This document shows, one piece after another, positions 1 through 11,521 of a stretch of DNA of 64,000 nucleotides. Each line of letters opens with the position of its first letter. The first letter of the stretch is position 1. Source of the stretch: an uncultured delta proteobacterium. GTDB lineage: Bacteria; Desulfobacterota; WTBG01; CAIYCZ01. The notes beneath the pieces were generated by a model. The model worked only from the letters and a program-made list of their open reading frames with translations, was not told the origin of the DNA and did no database searches. The stretch lies in NCBI GenBank assembly GCA_963803975.1, contig CAWDOY010000047.1, positions 64,001 through 128,000 of the forward strand. The letters are read 5' to 3'. The position numbers and the translations under genes were made by a program.

Positions 1-831
1 GAGTTTGACGGCTTTCTATCCGAAAAAGGCCCTTCATATGTTTCGGGCGTTGCAAGCATTGATAACCTGACCATTCGGGCGTATCTGGGACTGCTGGCAA
101 AGCAGCACAAAAAATCATCGCAGGCGCGAAAGCTCTCATGCCTCAGGACATTTTTTAAGTTCCTGGTGAGAGAGGGGGTCATAACGGATAATCCTGCAGC
201 GGCAGTGCGAACCCCGAAGCTTGAAAAATATCTCCCGACGCATCTGACGGTTGACGAGGCGTTTGCCCTGCTTGACTCTGTGCCGGCAGGAGATGTGCAG
301 CATGCACGGGATCGGGCACTGCTGGAGGTGCTGTATTCTACCGGTATCCGGGTGAGCGAACTGGTGGGCCTGAATCGGGGTGATCTGGAACTGAACCTGG
401 GCATTATAAAGGTTCTCGGCAAGGGAAGAAAAGAGCGCGTTGTGCCCATCGGTAAAAAAGCCATAGCGGCATTAACCCATTATCTGAATCTAAAAGATAC
501 CGCACCGGGCACGGATTACCCGCAGGAAGGCAGGACTCAGCCGGCGGCGGTGTTTTTAAATAAAAGCGGCGGTCGCCTGACCGCGCGCAGCGTAGCGCGC
601 TTTATTGATAAGTATGTACAGCACTGTGGCCTGCAGCGCAGCATCAGCCCGCATTCACTGCGCCATTCGTTTGCAACCCATCTGCTCAACGCAGGCGCAG
701 ATCTGCGCGCCATTCAGGAGCTTCTGGGGCATGAGAACCTGTCGACCACCCAGAGATATACCCATCTCAATATTGACAAGCTGATGGAAGTATATGACCG
801 GGCGCATCCCCGGAGCAGGGAAAAGAGGTAA
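1..831 (+). CDS. xerC: Tyrosine recombinase XerC (5'-truncated by window edge)
   Basis: Frame is open from base 1. Motifs [43 protein letters not shown]. Sits directly upstream of hslVU. Confidence 0.9.
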   Translation, partial: EFDGFLSEKGPSYVSGVASIDNLTIRAYLGLLAKQHKKSSQARKLSCLRTFFKFLVREGVITDNPAAAVRTPKLEKYLPTHLTVDEAFALLDSVPAGDVQHARDRALLEVLYSTGIRVSELVGLNRGDLELNLGIIKVLGKGRKERVVPIGKKAIAALTHYLNLKDTAPGTDYPQEGRTQPAAVFLNKSGGRLTARSVARFIDKYVQHCGLQRSISPHSLRHSFATHLLNAGADLRAIQELLGHENLSTTQRYTHLNIDKLMEVYDRAHPRSREKR

Positions 832-835
832 GGTA

Positions 836-1369
836 ATGACGGAGTTTCACGGTACAACCATATTAGCCATCCGGCATCAGGGCGCGGTGTGCATCGCCGG
901 CGATGGGCAGGTGACCTTCAGTTCAACCGTTCTCAAGCACGGAGCAAAAAAAATCAGGCGGATTTATCAGAACAAAGTGCTCGCCGGATTTTCCGGCAGC
1001 ACCGCTGATGCCTTTACGCTGTTTGAAAAATTTGAAGAAAAGCTTGAGCAGTATCATGGCAATATCACCCGGGCTGCGGTAGAACTGGCAAAAGAGTGGC
1101 GGACCGACCGGATGCTGAGAAAGCTTGAGGCGTTGCTGATAGTCGCTGACAGCGAGCACCTCTTTATCATTTCCGGCAATGGGGATGTCATAGAGCCGGA
1201 TGATGATATTGCTGCTATCGGTTCCGGAGGCCCCTATGCCCTTGCTGCTGCGCGCGCGCTGCTCATGCACGCAAAACTCCCGGTGCGGCAGATTGCTGAA
1301 GAAGCAATGAAGATTGCCTCTGATATTTGCATATATACTAATAAAGAAATAACGGTGGATGAGCTGTAA
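836..1369 (+). CDS. hslV: ATP-dependent protease subunit HslV
   Basis: [10 protein letters not shown] (N-terminal Thr nucleophile), [24 protein letters not shown]. Confidence 0.97.
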   Translation: MTEFHGTTILAIRHQGAVCIAGDGQVTFSSTVLKHGAKKIRRIYQNKVLAGFSGSTADAFTLFEKFEEKLEQYHGNITRAAVELAKEWRTDRMLRKLEALLIVADSEHLFIISGNGDVIEPDDDIAAIGSGGPYALAAARALLMHAKLPVRQIAEEAMKIASDICIYTNKEITVDEL

Positions 1370-1466
1370 AGGGGCAGGCAGATAGGCAGCAAAGGCAACC
1401 CGCCTTCGCTGGCGCTCCGGCGCGGCACAGAGGCACAAAGCTAAACGAAAAGGTATATACGTAATA

Positions 1467-2843
1467 ATGAAACCACTGAGTCCGCGGGAAACTGTTATCG
1501 AGCTTGATAAGTTCATCATCGGCCAGCGCAATGCCAAAAGGGCAGTTGCCATTGCGCTGAGAAACCGGTGGCGGCGGCAGCAGGTGCCGGAAGAGCTGCG
1601 CGATGAAATAGCGCCGAAGAATATCATCATGATGGGCCCGACCGGTGTCGGTAAAACAGAAATTGCCCGCAGACTGGCAAAACTTGCCCAATCGCCGTTC
1701 CTCAAAATCGAGGCATCCAAATTTACCGAGGTCGGCTACGTAGGGCGCGATGTTGAGTCGATGATCCGCGATCTCACCGAGCTGGCGGTGAATCAGGTTA
1801 AGTCTGAAGAGGCGGAGAAAGTGCAGGCAAAAGCGCGGGAGATTGCAGAGGAACGCATTCTGGACATTCTGCTCCCCCCCGCACCGAAGAAGGCGCCACC
1901 GCTGGAAGAGCAGCCTTCTCTCAGCGCAGAAGCCGGTCATGACCAGGCTGATACCAAGCAGCCTCCCTCAACACGTGAAAAGCTGCGAAAAATGCTTCGG
2001 GCAGGAAAGCTTGATGGACGGGAAGTTGAGCTGGAGACGACACAGCAGAACCTCCCGGTGGTTGAAATTTTTTCCGCCTCCGGCATGGAGGAGATGGATA
2101 TTAACATCAAGGATATGTTCGGCAATATGTTCCCCAAAAAGACGCGCAAGAAAAAGGTCAAAGTACCGGAGGCTCTTGAGATCATCACCCGGGAAGAAGC
2201 GCAGAAGCTCGTGGATATGGATCTGGTCACCAGACAGGCAATAGAGCGCGTCGAGCAATCAGGCATCATCTTCCTTGATGAGATTGACAAGATTGCCGGC
2301 CGCGAGCACGCCCAGGGGCCGGATGTTTCGCGGGAAGGTGTGCAGCGGGACCTGCTGCCGATTGTCGAGGGCTCAACCGTAACAACAAAGTACGGCATGG
2401 TAAAAACAGACCACATCCTGTTTATTGCATCCGGTGCCTTTTATGTATCCAAACCCTCTGACCTGATCCCTGAACTGCAGGGCCGCTTTCCCATCAGGGT
2501 TGAGCTTAACTCCCTCTCCCGGGATGATTTTATCAGGATCCTTACCGAGCCGCAGAATGCACTGCTCAAGCAGTATGTTGCACTCATGGAAACCGAGGGC
2601 ATTGCACTGGTGTTCAAACCGGATGCGATCGAGAGGATTGCCGAAATCGCAACGACGGTCAATGAGCGGACCGAAAATATCGGCGCGCGCCGGCTTCACA
2701 CCATAATGGAAAAGCTGCTTGAGGACTACTCCTTTGATGCGCCTGAGATGACGGGAAAGAAAATTGTCATTGACGCTGCCTATGTGGCGCAGAAAATGGA
2801 ACCCCTGCTGAAGGACGAGGATCTGAGCAGATATATACTGTAG
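1467..2843 (+). CDS. hslU: ATP-dependent protease ATPase subunit HslU
   Basis: [35 protein letters not shown]-terminal DLSRYIL. Confidence 0.97.
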   Translation: MKPLSPRETVIELDKFIIGQRNAKRAVAIALRNRWRRQQVPEELRDEIAPKNIIMMGPTGVGKTEIARRLAKLAQSPFLKIEASKFTEVGYVGRDVESMIRDLTELAVNQVKSEEAEKVQAKAREIAEERILDILLPPAPKKAPPLEEQPSLSAEAGHDQADTKQPPSTREKLRKMLRAGKLDGREVELETTQQNLPVVEIFSASGMEEMDINIKDMFGNMFPKKTRKKKVKVPEALEIITREEAQKLVDMDLVTRQAIERVEQSGIIFLDEIDKIAGREHAQGPDVSREGVQRDLLPIVEGSTVTTKYGMVKTDHILFIASGAFYVSKPSDLIPELQGRFPIRVELNSLSRDDFIRILTEPQNALLKQYVALMETEGIALVFKPDAIERIAEIATTVNERTENIGARRLHTIMEKLLEDYSFDAPEMTGKKIVIDAAYVAQKMEPLLKDEDLSRYIL

Positions 2844-2845
2844 AG

Positions 2846-2920
2846 AATGTCAAAGGACAAAATCCAAATGACAAATATTTTTTAATGCTATTTGACATTT
2901 GAGCTTTGAAATTTGAAATT
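2846..2920. repeat. Intergenic inverted heptamer repeat element
   Basis: aatgtca/aaggaca/aaatcca/aatgaca facing tttgaca/tttgagc/tttgaaa/tttgaaa. Confidence 0.65.
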
Positions 2921-2938
2921 GTTTTAAAGGACACAGCC

Positions 2939-3817
2939 ATGTCTCATCCCCAGGATAAAGCAACCGTGCTGATGGAGGCCCTGCCCTATATCAGGTCCTT
3001 CTATCAGAAGACGATTGTGGTAAAATTTGGCGGCCATGCCATGATCGATGAGGAGCTGAAACACAGCTTTGCCATGGACATAACGCTCTTGAGCTACATC
3101 GGCATGCGGCCGGTAGTGGTTCACGGCGGCGGCCCGCAGATCGGGTCGCTGCTGAACAAAATAGGGAAAGAGTCGCGGTTTGTCGGCGGCATGCGGGTCA
3201 CTGACCAGGAAACCATGGACGTGGTGGAAATGGTGCTGGTGGGTAAAATCAACAAGGAGATTGTAAACCTCATCAATCAGAACGGCGGCAAGGCCGTGGG
3301 CTTAAGCGGTAAAGACGGAAATCTTATACAGGCAAAAAAACTGCATCTGCCGGGAAAAGCCGGGAGCAGCAAAGCCTCCGTTGACCTGGGCATGGTTGGC
3401 GAAGTTGCCGCTATTGACCCTCAGGTTATCGATACCCTCGACCAGAGCCAGTTTATTCCGGTCATTGCACCGGTGGGTGTCGGGACTGACGGCCGTACCT
3501 ACAATATCAATGCCGACCTGGTGGCAGGAGAGATCGCCGCCTCCCTCAAGGCTGAAAAGCTCATCCTGCTCACCGATGTGGTGGGGGTAAAAGACGGCAG
3601 GGGGAAACTGGTTTCCTCGCTTGATGCAAAACAGGCGCGCAGCATGCTGCGCTCAGGCGCGATCAGCGGCGGGATGATACCCAAGGTCAACTGCTGCCTC
3701 ACCGCGCTTCAGAAGGGCGTGGCAAAGGCGCACATAATTGACGGCCGGGTCCGGCACGCAATACTGCTGGAGCTTTTTACTGATGGCGGCATCGGCACAC
3801 AGCTGGTGAAAAAATAA
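2939..3817 (+). CDS. argB: Acetylglutamate kinase
   Basis: [35 protein letters not shown]. Confidence 0.95.
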   Translation: MSHPQDKATVLMEALPYIRSFYQKTIVVKFGGHAMIDEELKHSFAMDITLLSYIGMRPVVVHGGGPQIGSLLNKIGKESRFVGGMRVTDQETMDVVEMVLVGKINKEIVNLINQNGGKAVGLSGKDGNLIQAKKLHLPGKAGSSKASVDLGMVGEVAAIDPQVIDTLDQSQFIPVIAPVGVGTDGRTYNINADLVAGEIAASLKAEKLILLTDVVGVKDGRGKLVSSLDAKQARSMLRSGAISGGMIPKVNCCLTALQKGVAKAHIIDGRVRHAILLELFTDGGIGTQLVKK

Positions 3818-3854
3818 AGGGCTTGCGTAACAATATACCTTTCAAGATGGTGCT

Positions 3855-5052
3855 ATGAAAAATACGGTGTCGATTACTGACCAGAATATTTTCCAGACCT
3901 ACAGCAGGTATCCGGTAGTGCTGGTTAAGGGAAAAGGCTCAAAACTCTGGGATGCGCAGGGCAACGAGTATCTTGATTTTCTCTCCGGAATTGCCGTATG
4001 CAACCTCGGGCACTGCCACCCGGCGGTGGTGCGGGCTGCTCAAGCGCAGCTGGGACAGGCTGATCCATGTATCAAATTTTTTCTATACCGAACCCCAGGC
4101 AGAGCTTTCTGAGCTTCTGACCAGGCACTCCTTTGCCGACCGGGTGTTCTTCTGCAACAGCGGCGCAGAAGCCAATGAATCAGCACTGAAGCTGGCGCGC
4201 AAATATTCTCAGGACCGCGGGCATAAAAAACGCTTTGAAGTCATCACCATGCACGATTCTTTTCATGGCCGGACCTTCGCCACGCTTTCAGCAACCGCGC
4301 AGAAAAAATTTCATAAAGGCTTTGAGCCGCTGCTGCCGGGATTTCGCTATGTACCGTTCAATGATATAGCAGCCCTGAAACGAGCTGTCACGCCGCATAC
4401 GTGCGCCGTACTGCTTGAGCCGATTCAGGGAGAAGGCGGGGTCAACATCCCTGACGCTTCCTACTTGAAAAAGGTCAGGCAATTGTGCGACGAGCACGGG
4501 CTGCTGCTCATTTTTGATGAGGTGCAGGTGGGCATGGGCAGGACCGGAAAACTCTTTGCCCATGAGCACTACCGGGTCAAGCCGGACATTATGACGCTGG
4601 CAAAAGCGCTTGCCGGGGGACTTCCGGCCGGAGCCATGCTGGCACGAAAACATATTGCCGAGAGCTTTACCCCCGGCACCCACGCTTCAACCTTTGGCGG
4701 CAACCCGGTTGCCATGGCTGCAGGCGCAGCAGTGATGAAGACCCTGCTGCACGGCGATGTTCTGAACAATTGCCGGATGATGGGCAGCTATTTTATGAAC
4801 GGGCTCATGGCGCTGAAGAAGCGCTACCCCGCCATCATCAAGGAGGTGCGGGGCAAAGGCCTCATCATCGGCATGGAGCTGAACAGAGAGGGCAAGGAGA
4901 TCGTCAGGCAGTGTCTCCGCCAGGGCATCATCATCAACTGCACCATGGACAAAATCCTGCGCTTTGTGCCGCCGCTGATCATTACCAGCAGAGAAATTGA
5001 CCGCTGCCTCAGCGTGCTGGAAAGCATTTTTGCAAAACTGTACATCCCGTAA
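3855..5052 (+). CDS. argD: Acetylornithine aminotransferase, split by a +1 frameshift near 4052 (probable sequence error)
   Basis: N-terminal ORF 3855-4112 (YLDFLSGIAVCNLGH) joins ORF 3952-5052 (NSGAEANE, DEVQVGMGRTG, LAKALAGG). Removing one G in ctGGGac restores L-D-R-L-I-H. Confidence 0.92.
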
Positions 5053-5107
5053 GCCTTCCCTTGCATAACAGGGGGGCAGCGGTGGATTCACCGTAAGCGA
5101 GTTACCC

Positions 5108-6025
5108 ATGAAACATAAAAAAGACCTTTTAAGCCTCTATGATCTGAAAAAAGAAGAGCTGGAGGAATTCTTAACCAGGGCCCTGGAACTGAAAAAGAAG
5201 CAGAAAAAGGGCGAGCTCTATCATCCGCTCAAGGGAAAAACCCTGGGCATGATCTTTGAGAAGCCATCCACCCGCACCCGCGTCTCCTTTGAGGTCGGGA
5301 TGTTTCAGCTGGGGGGCCTCGCGCTCTATATGCGCTGGACCGATACCCAGCTTGGCCGCGGCGAATCGGTTGCCGATACCGCCCGCACGCTGTCACGGTA
5401 TATGGACGGCATCATGATCCGCACCTTTTCCCAGGCAACCATCGAAGAGTTTGCCCAGAATGCAACGGTCCCGGTTATAAACGGTCTCACTGACCTCTGC
5501 CACCCCTGCCAGATACTGGCAGATATTCTCACCATACGGGAAAAGAGGAAAAGCTTAAAGGGATTGAAAGTAGCCTACATCGGGGACGGCAATAATATCG
5601 CCCATTCCTGGATCCATGCCGCCCTCAGGCTGCAGTTTGATTTGACGGTGGCGTGTCCCAAGACCCACAGCCCTGCTGCTTCTGTTCTGGAAATGGCGCA
5701 GCGGGAGGCAGCATCAAAGATTACGCTGCTCCACGATCCGTTCGAGGCAGTAAAGGATGCCCATGTCATCAGCACTGACACCTGGGTCAGCATGGGACAG
5801 GAAAAAGAGTATCGCGAGCGGATCAAGGCGTTTCAAAACTTTCAGGTAAACACGCGGCTGGTGGAAGCTGCGGCCAGGGATGTCATAGTCATGCACTGCC
5901 TGCCTGCGCACCGGGGGGAAGAGATAACCGACGAGGTGATGGACGGCGAGCATTCGGCTATTTTTGACCAGGCTGAAAACCGTCTGCATATACAGAAGGC
6001 AATACTGGAACTGCTCATGAGCTGA
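5108..6025 (+). CDS. argF: Ornithine carbamoyltransferase
   Basis: FEKPSTRTR, HPCQ, SMG, HCLP, QAENR. Confidence 0.96.
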   Translation: MKHKKDLLSLYDLKKEELEEFLTRALELKKKQKKGELYHPLKGKTLGMIFEKPSTRTRVSFEVGMFQLGGLALYMRWTDTQLGRGESVADTARTLSRYMDGIMIRTFSQATIEEFAQNATVPVINGLTDLCHPCQILADILTIREKRKSLKGLKVAYIGDGNNIAHSWIHAALRLQFDLTVACPKTHSPAASVLEMAQREAASKITLLHDPFEAVKDAHVISTDTWVSMGQEKEYRERIKAFQNFQVNTRLVEAAARDVIVMHCLPAHRGEEITDEVMDGEHSAIFDQAENRLHIQKAILELLMS

Positions 6026-6026
6026 T

Positions 6027-6097
6027 AAGCTGTCAGCTGACAGCCGTCAGCCTAATTTAATTTTTGCTGAAAGCTGACCGCTGACTGCTGATAGCTA
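6027..6097. repeat. Intergenic inverted heptamer repeat element
   Basis: gctgtca/gctgaca/gccgtca facing gctgaaa/gctgacc/gctgact/gctgata. Confidence 0.7.
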
Positions 6098-6114
6098 CCA
6101 AAGGAGGTTGCAAC

Positions 6115-7332
6115 GTGAAAGACAGTAGTATTAAGAAAGTGGTGCTTGCCTATTCCGGCGGGCTGGATACATCTATTATTCTGAAATGGCTCATTGAAAC
6201 GTACGGGTGTGAAGTCATCGCCTTTGCCGCCGACCTCGGCCAGGGCCAGGAACTGCAGGGGCTTAATGAAAAGGCGCTTAAAACCGGTGCCAGTAAAATT
6301 TATATCGAAGACCTGCGGGAGGAGTTTGTCAAGGATTTCATCTTCCCCATGCTCAGGGCAAATGCCATTTATGAGGGGACCTATATGCTGGGCACCTCTA
6401 TTGCCCGGCCCCTGATTGCCAAAAGGCAGATCGAGATTGCACGCCAGGAAGGCGCTGAAGCTGTTTCCCATGGCTCAACCGGCAAGGGTAATGACCAGGT
6501 GCGCTTTGAACTCACCTACCTTGCCCTGTCACCGCACATAAAGATTATTGCGCCGTGGAGAATCTGGGACTTCAACTCACGCAATGCGCTCATTGATTAT
6601 GCCAAAAAACACGGCATCCCGGTGCCGGTGTCCCAGGAAAAACCCTACAGCAGCGACCGGAACCTGTTTCACATAAGCTTTGAGGGCGGCATCCTTGAGG
6701 ACCCCTGGAGCGAGCCGAAGGAGGACATGTTTCTCCTCAGCGTCTCTCCGGAGAAGGCCCCGGACAAGCCGACCTATATTGAAATCGGCTACGTAAACGG
6801 CGATCCCGTCTCCCTGGACGGGAAAGAAATGAGCCCGGCAACACTGCTCGATAATCTCAACCGGCTCGGAGGAGCGAACGGGATCGGCAGGATTGACATC
6901 GTGGAAAATCGCTATGTGGGCATGAAATCGCGCGGTGTCTATGAAACGCCGGGAGGAACGATCCTGCACAGTGCCCACCGCGCCATGGAGTCAATCACCA
7001 TGGACCGCGAAGTGATGCACTTCAAAGACAGCCTGGTTACCCGGTACGCGGAGCTGGTGTATTACGGTTACTGGTTCGCACCCGAACGCGAAGTGCTGCA
7101 GGGAACTGTTGACGCAACACAGAACAATGTGACCGGCAGCGTGCGCCTGAAACTCTATAAAGGCAACTGTATCGTGGTGGGCAGGAAATCACCCCACAGC
7201 CTCTACCGGCCGGACTTTGCCACCTTTGAGGAGGACAGCGTCTATCAGCAGGCAGATGCCACCGGCTTTATCCGGCTGAATGCGCTGCGGCTGCGGATAC
7301 AGGCTATGGCAAAGGAAAAGTTAGGGAGTTAA
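6115..7332 (+). CDS. argG: Argininosuccinate synthase
   Basis: [36 protein letters not shown] start preceded by AAGGAGG RBS. Confidence 0.97.
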   Translation: MKDSSIKKVVLAYSGGLDTSIILKWLIETYGCEVIAFAADLGQGQELQGLNEKALKTGASKIYIEDLREEFVKDFIFPMLRANAIYEGTYMLGTSIARPLIAKRQIEIARQEGAEAVSHGSTGKGNDQVRFELTYLALSPHIKIIAPWRIWDFNSRNALIDYAKKHGIPVPVSQEKPYSSDRNLFHISFEGGILEDPWSEPKEDMFLLSVSPEKAPDKPTYIEIGYVNGDPVSLDGKEMSPATLLDNLNRLGGANGIGRIDIVENRYVGMKSRGVYETPGGTILHSAHRAMESITMDREVMHFKDSLVTRYAELVYYGYWFAPEREVLQGTVDATQNNVTGSVRLKLYKGNCIVVGRKSPHSLYRPDFATFEEDSVYQQADATGFIRLNALRLRIQAMAKEKLGS

Positions 7333-7424
7333 AGGAGTTATGGAGTGTGGGAGATATAGCGCGGTGAATGAAGGAAAGTATTCCTTGATAACTCCTCAAC
7401 TCTTCAACTCCGCAACTCCACAAC
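7324..7424. repeat. Intergenic inverted octamer repeat element
   Basis: ggagttaa/ggagttat/ggagtgtg facing aactcctc/aactcttc/aactccgc/aactccac. Confidence 0.7.
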
Positions 7425-7443
7425 TGAATTCAAGAGGGATTGC

Positions 7444-8871
7444 ATGAAAACTAAAAAGCCCTGGTCAGGACGCTTTAAGGAAGCAACCGACGCTCTCGTT
7501 GAGAGCTTCACCGCTTCTATCCAGTTCGACCGGATGCTCTACCAGTACGACATCAGGGGCAGCATTGCCCACTGCCGCATGCTCAAAAAGCAGAAAATCA
7601 TTGCGCCCGCTGAAGCAGCCAGAATCATTGCCGGCCTTAAAGAAATAGAGCGGGAAATCGAGCAGGGGAAACTTGCCTTTACCGCGCGTCTTGAAGATGT
7701 CCACATGCACATTGAAAGCCGCCTGATACAAAAAATCGGCCCGACCGGCGGCAAGCTCCACACGGCGCGCAGCCGTAACGACCAGGTGGCCCTTGACGTG
7801 AGCCTCTACCTGCGGGATGCGGTTATTGATGCCATCCGCCTGCTTAACCGTCTGCAGGAGACGCTTCTTTCCCTGGCAGAAAAACATATCGCTGTCTCTA
7901 TGCCCGGGTTTACTCATTTGCAGCACGCCCAGCCGGTGCTTTTTTCCCATCATCTGATGGCCTATTACGAGATGGTTACCCGGGACCGGGAGCGCATGGA
8001 GTCATGCTTTTCGCGCGTTAACCGCATGCCCCTGGGCGCAGCAGCGCTTGCCGGAACTCCCTATCCCATTGACCGGGAATATGTTGCGCAGCTCCTGGGC
8101 TACCCTCGCGTAACGGCAAACAGTATCGATTCTGTGAGCGACCGGGATATGCTCATCGAGTTCTGCAGTGCCGGCGCAGTTGCCATGATGCACCTCAGCC
8201 GCTTTAGCGAAGAGCTCATCATCTGGTCATCGCCCGAGTTTCAGTTCGTTGAGCTTCCCGATTCATTCTGCACCGGCTCAAGCATCATGCCGCAGAAAAA
8301 GAACCCTGACGTGGCAGAGCTCATCCGGGGGAAAACCGGCCGGGTATATGGGAACCTCATGGCTCTCCTCACCATCATGAAAGCGTTGCCTCTTTCCTAC
8401 AACCGCGATTTACAGGAGGACAAGGAAGCACTGTTCGACACGGTGGAAACACTGAAAAGCTGCCTTGCCGTTTTTACCGCTCTGCTGCCAAAGGTGAAGA
8501 TCAATGAACAGCAGATGAAAAAGGCTGCTCATCAGGGATTTACTACCGCAACCGACCTGGCTGATTACCTGGCAGCGCACGGCATCCCGTTCCGGGACGC
8601 CCATGAAATTGCCGGCCGGATAGTCGCCTCCTGTATCAGCACCGGGAAAACCCTGGAGGATCTCACGCTTGCTGAGCTGCGGAAATTCAGCTCTGCCATA
8701 GCTGCAGATGCGCTCTCGTTTGTGACCGTAGAGCACTCCATCAACAGCCGCGCGGCCATCGGCGGCACAGCGCGGCAGACCGTCGAAAAAGCAATTAAAA
8801 AAGCCCGCGCAGAGCTGAAGAAACAGCGGCGCTTCATTGCAACAGCAGCACCTTCATGGCACAGGGGGTAG
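7444..8871 (+). CDS. argH: Argininosuccinate lyase
   Basis: LHTARSRNDQ, GSSIMPQKKNPD, YNRDLQEDKE. Confidence 0.97.
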   Translation: MKTKKPWSGRFKEATDALVESFTASIQFDRMLYQYDIRGSIAHCRMLKKQKIIAPAEAARIIAGLKEIEREIEQGKLAFTARLEDVHMHIESRLIQKIGPTGGKLHTARSRNDQVALDVSLYLRDAVIDAIRLLNRLQETLLSLAEKHIAVSMPGFTHLQHAQPVLFSHHLMAYYEMVTRDRERMESCFSRVNRMPLGAAALAGTPYPIDREYVAQLLGYPRVTANSIDSVSDRDMLIEFCSAGAVAMMHLSRFSEELIIWSSPEFQFVELPDSFCTGSSIMPQKKNPDVAELIRGKTGRVYGNLMALLTIMKALPLSYNRDLQEDKEALFDTVETLKSCLAVFTALLPKVKINEQQMKKAAHQGFTTATDLADYLAAHGIPFRDAHEIAGRIVASCISTGKTLEDLTLAELRKFSSAIAADALSFVTVEHSINSRAAIGGTARQTVEKAIKKARAELKKQRRFIATAAPSWHRG

Positions 8872-8877
8872 GCGTAT

Positions 8878-9984
8878 ATGGCGGCGTACCTGAGTATATT
8901 TCGCTTTCATAGGCACCGGCTGCTTTTGCAGCGGGCCGCAGTTATTATTTTCTGTTGTTTCGCGCTGCTTGCATGCGGGAAAAAAGATGACCCTTCGGTT
9001 CCGCACGCGATTGGTCCGGAGCCGGTTAAAAAATTCAGGGCGTTTGCCCGGTCAGGCGGAATCATTCTCGCGTGGAGACCGCCCACAAAAAATACCGACA
9101 AAACGCCGCTTCTTGACCTGGAAAGCTTTAAAATATACCGTGAGGAAGTGGCCGCGGCTGACCGCTGTAAAAAGTGCCCGAAAAACTTCCGCTTCTTTTT
9201 CGAATATGCCTATACAGGTCCGCGGGGGAAAATCCCTGAGCGGGACATGTTTTCCTATATTGACAACGCGGTCAAAACGGACCACGTCTATGCCTATAAA
9301 ATTCAGTGTCTCAATGAGCGGAATATGCTGGGGGCTTCGTCAGAAACCGTGACCGTATTCTGGGACGTGCCTCCATCTCCGCCATCAGACCTGCGGTGTG
9401 AACGGCAAGGGCGCACGCTCCTGTTTGCATGGAAACAGCCCGCAACCGTTGAAGGCGGGAAACCGCTTGAGGGGAAGGTGGGCTTTAATATCTATCGCAG
9501 CCTGCAGAAGGGAACCTATGAAGGATTTCCCCTGAACGCTGAATTGCTCACAGAACCAGCGTATCAGGATACCCCGGATACCTACGACCAGACCTATTTC
9601 TACACGGTCCGTGCCGTCCGGCAAATGTTTGACACCGCCGTTGAAAGCGCTCCCTCAGAGGAATTGGCTCTGCTCTATGAAGACCTGATCCCCCCGGGCG
9701 CCCCGCAGGGGCTGACAGCAATACCTGACCGGAACGGTATGATTTTAAAATGGATAGCAAAGGCTGAACAGGGTGTGGCAGGATTTAATGTGTATCGCAA
9801 AGACGCGGGCGGAGGAGCGTTTGTCCGCCTTAACAAAGAGCTCATTCAGGATAACTCCTGGCGAGACACCACGGCGCGCGTCGGTAAACGCTATATATAC
9901 GCAGTAACCGCGGTTGATCAGTCGCTGCGGAAAAATGAAAGCGAGCTATCAGAGCCGGTCAGTATTCTGCATTTGCCGCAGTAA
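8878..9984 (+). CDS. Lipoprotein with fibronectin type III-like domains
   Basis: Lipobox LLACGKK and three FN3-like repeats (W..P, GFNIYR, Y.Y.V.AV). Start codon uncertain. Confidence 0.75.
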   Translation: MAAYLSIFRFHRHRLLLQRAAVIIFCCFALLACGKKDDPSVPHAIGPEPVKKFRAFARSGGIILAWRPPTKNTDKTPLLDLESFKIYREEVAAADRCKKCPKNFRFFFEYAYTGPRGKIPERDMFSYIDNAVKTDHVYAYKIQCLNERNMLGASSETVTVFWDVPPSPPSDLRCERQGRTLLFAWKQPATVEGGKPLEGKVGFNIYRSLQKGTYEGFPLNAELLTEPAYQDTPDTYDQTYFYTVRAVRQMFDTAVESAPSEELALLYEDLIPPGAPQGLTAIPDRNGMILKWIAKAEQGVAGFNVYRKDAGGGAFVRLNKELIQDNSWRDTTARVGKRYIYAVTAVDQSLRKNESELSEPVSILHLPQ

Positions 9985-9991
9985 TTAAAGG

Positions 9992-10186
9992 AATGTCAAA
10001 TGACCAGGCCCAAAGTTCAAGAAAAGATTTTAGCCACAGAACTTCACAGATTTTCACAGAAAGAGATTTTTAACTTCAGTGTTATTCTGTGTTTTCTGTG
10101 GCCATACATAAAAAGTATTTGGTTCCGGCTTGTCCGGGTTAGGCTTTGACATTTATTTGACATTTGAGCTTTGAAATTTGTCATTT
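9992..10186. repeat. Nested heptamer and about 10-mer inverted repeat element
   Basis: Outer aatgtca...tttgaca/tttgagc/tttgaaa/tttgtca (same family as 2846); inner cacagaa/cacagat/cacagaa facing ctgtg copies. Confidence 0.6.
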
Positions 10187-10204
10187 ACTCTGAGGAAATA
10201 GAGT

Positions 10205-11461
10205 ATGCACGATTTCCAGTACCGGAAAAATGATCTCTGCTGCGAGCAGGTGCCGATTGAAAAAATTGCGGCTGCAGTGGGGACGCCGTTTTATCTCTAC
10301 AGCCGGCAGACGCTGGAAAACCATTTTGCCTCATTTGACGGAGCATTCACGGCCATCCCCCACCTCACCTGCTACTCGGTGAAAGCAAACTCCAATCTCG
10401 CTATCCTGAAAACCTTTGCCCGGCGCGGCGCCGGCGCAGACGTGGTTTCTGGCGGCGAACTGTTCCGCGCCCTGAGCGCCGGTGTCCCGGCGGAAAAAAT
10501 TGTCTATTCCGGGGTCGGCAAGCGGCCGCAGGAAATCACCTATGCACTGGATGCCGGTATCCTCATGTTTAACGTGGAATCACCGCAGGAGCTTGAGCTG
10601 GTGGCAGAGCTTGCGGAAAAAGCAGACCGGAAGGCCCGCATAGCGCTCCGGGTCAACCCGGATATCAACCCCGGGACCCACCCCTACATTTCAACAGGAC
10701 TTAAGGAGAATAAATTCGGCATCAATCTGCAGGACGCGCTGCAGGAATATGAAAAGGCGCGCGACAAAAAACATATTGACATCACCGGTATTGCGTGTCA
10801 TATCGGCTCCCAGATAACCGAGGCCAGCCCGTTTGTTGAAGCCCTGCGAACACTAAAGAAACTGGTCATGGAACTGCAGGGCCGCGGGATAGCCCTGCGC
10901 TACCTTGACCTCGGCGGCGGCCTGGGCATTACCTACAAAAAAGAGTCTCCGCCGCAGCCGCAGCAGTACGCGCAGGAAATTGTCAGCGAGCTGGCCGGAC
11001 TGCCCGTTACCCTCATCCTTGAGCCGGGACGGGTACTGGTGGGCAATGCCGGTATCCTGGTGACGCAGGTGCTCTATACTAAAAATTCCGGCGAGAAAAA
11101 TTTTATCGTGGTGGATGCGGGCATGAATGATCTGATACGGCCCAGCCTCTACGGCTCCTATCAGGGTATCCAGCCGGTCAAGAAAAAAAAGGGGCAGAAA
11201 ATAACTGCCGACATTGTCGGCCCCATCTGCGAGTCCGGGGATTTTATAGCGAAAAAGAGGAAAGTCCCGGCATTCGCTCCCGGTGAGCTTATGGCCGTTA
11301 TGAGTGCCGGTGCGTACGGATTCAGCATGTCATCCAACTATAACTCACGGCCGCGGGTTCCGGAAGTGCTGGTGACCGGTGAAACATGGTCTGTCATCCG
11401 CGAGCGGGAGTCCTATGACGACCTGATCCGGGGCGAAACAATACCCGGGTATTTACGGTAA
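10205..11461 (+). CDS. lysA: Diaminopimelate decarboxylase
   Basis: YSVKANSN, CHIGSQ, DLGGGLG, EPGR, GPICESGD, SSNYN. Confidence 0.96.
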   Translation: MHDFQYRKNDLCCEQVPIEKIAAAVGTPFYLYSRQTLENHFASFDGAFTAIPHLTCYSVKANSNLAILKTFARRGAGADVVSGGELFRALSAGVPAEKIVYSGVGKRPQEITYALDAGILMFNVESPQELELVAELAEKADRKARIALRVNPDINPGTHPYISTGLKENKFGINLQDALQEYEKARDKKHIDITGIACHIGSQITEASPFVEALRTLKKLVMELQGRGIALRYLDLGGGLGITYKKESPPQPQQYAQEIVSELAGLPVTLILEPGRVLVGNAGILVTQVLYTKNSGEKNFIVVDAGMNDLIRPSLYGSYQGIQPVKKKKGQKITADIVGPICESGDFIAKKRKVPAFAPGELMAVMSAGAYGFSMSSNYNSRPRVPEVLVTGETWSVIRERESYDDLIRGETIPGYLR

Positions 11462-11521
11462 CCCGGTGCAGACTGCGGAGATCACAGCAGATAGTTTCCG
11501 TGCCCGCTGCGGATATCTCGT

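Noticed and set aside
1..831. Tyrosine recombinase as a phage or island integrase
   Set aside because: The xerC-hslVU context and motifs indicate the housekeeping XerC.
1399..1427. REP-like palindrome CCCGCCTTCGCTGGCGCTCCGGCGCGGCA between hslV and hslU
   Set aside because: Single imperfect copy in the window, insufficient to call.
923..2699. Long antisense ORFs over hslVU and similar shadow ORFs throughout
   Set aside because: They overlap confident genes, lack motifs, and are expected from codon bias.
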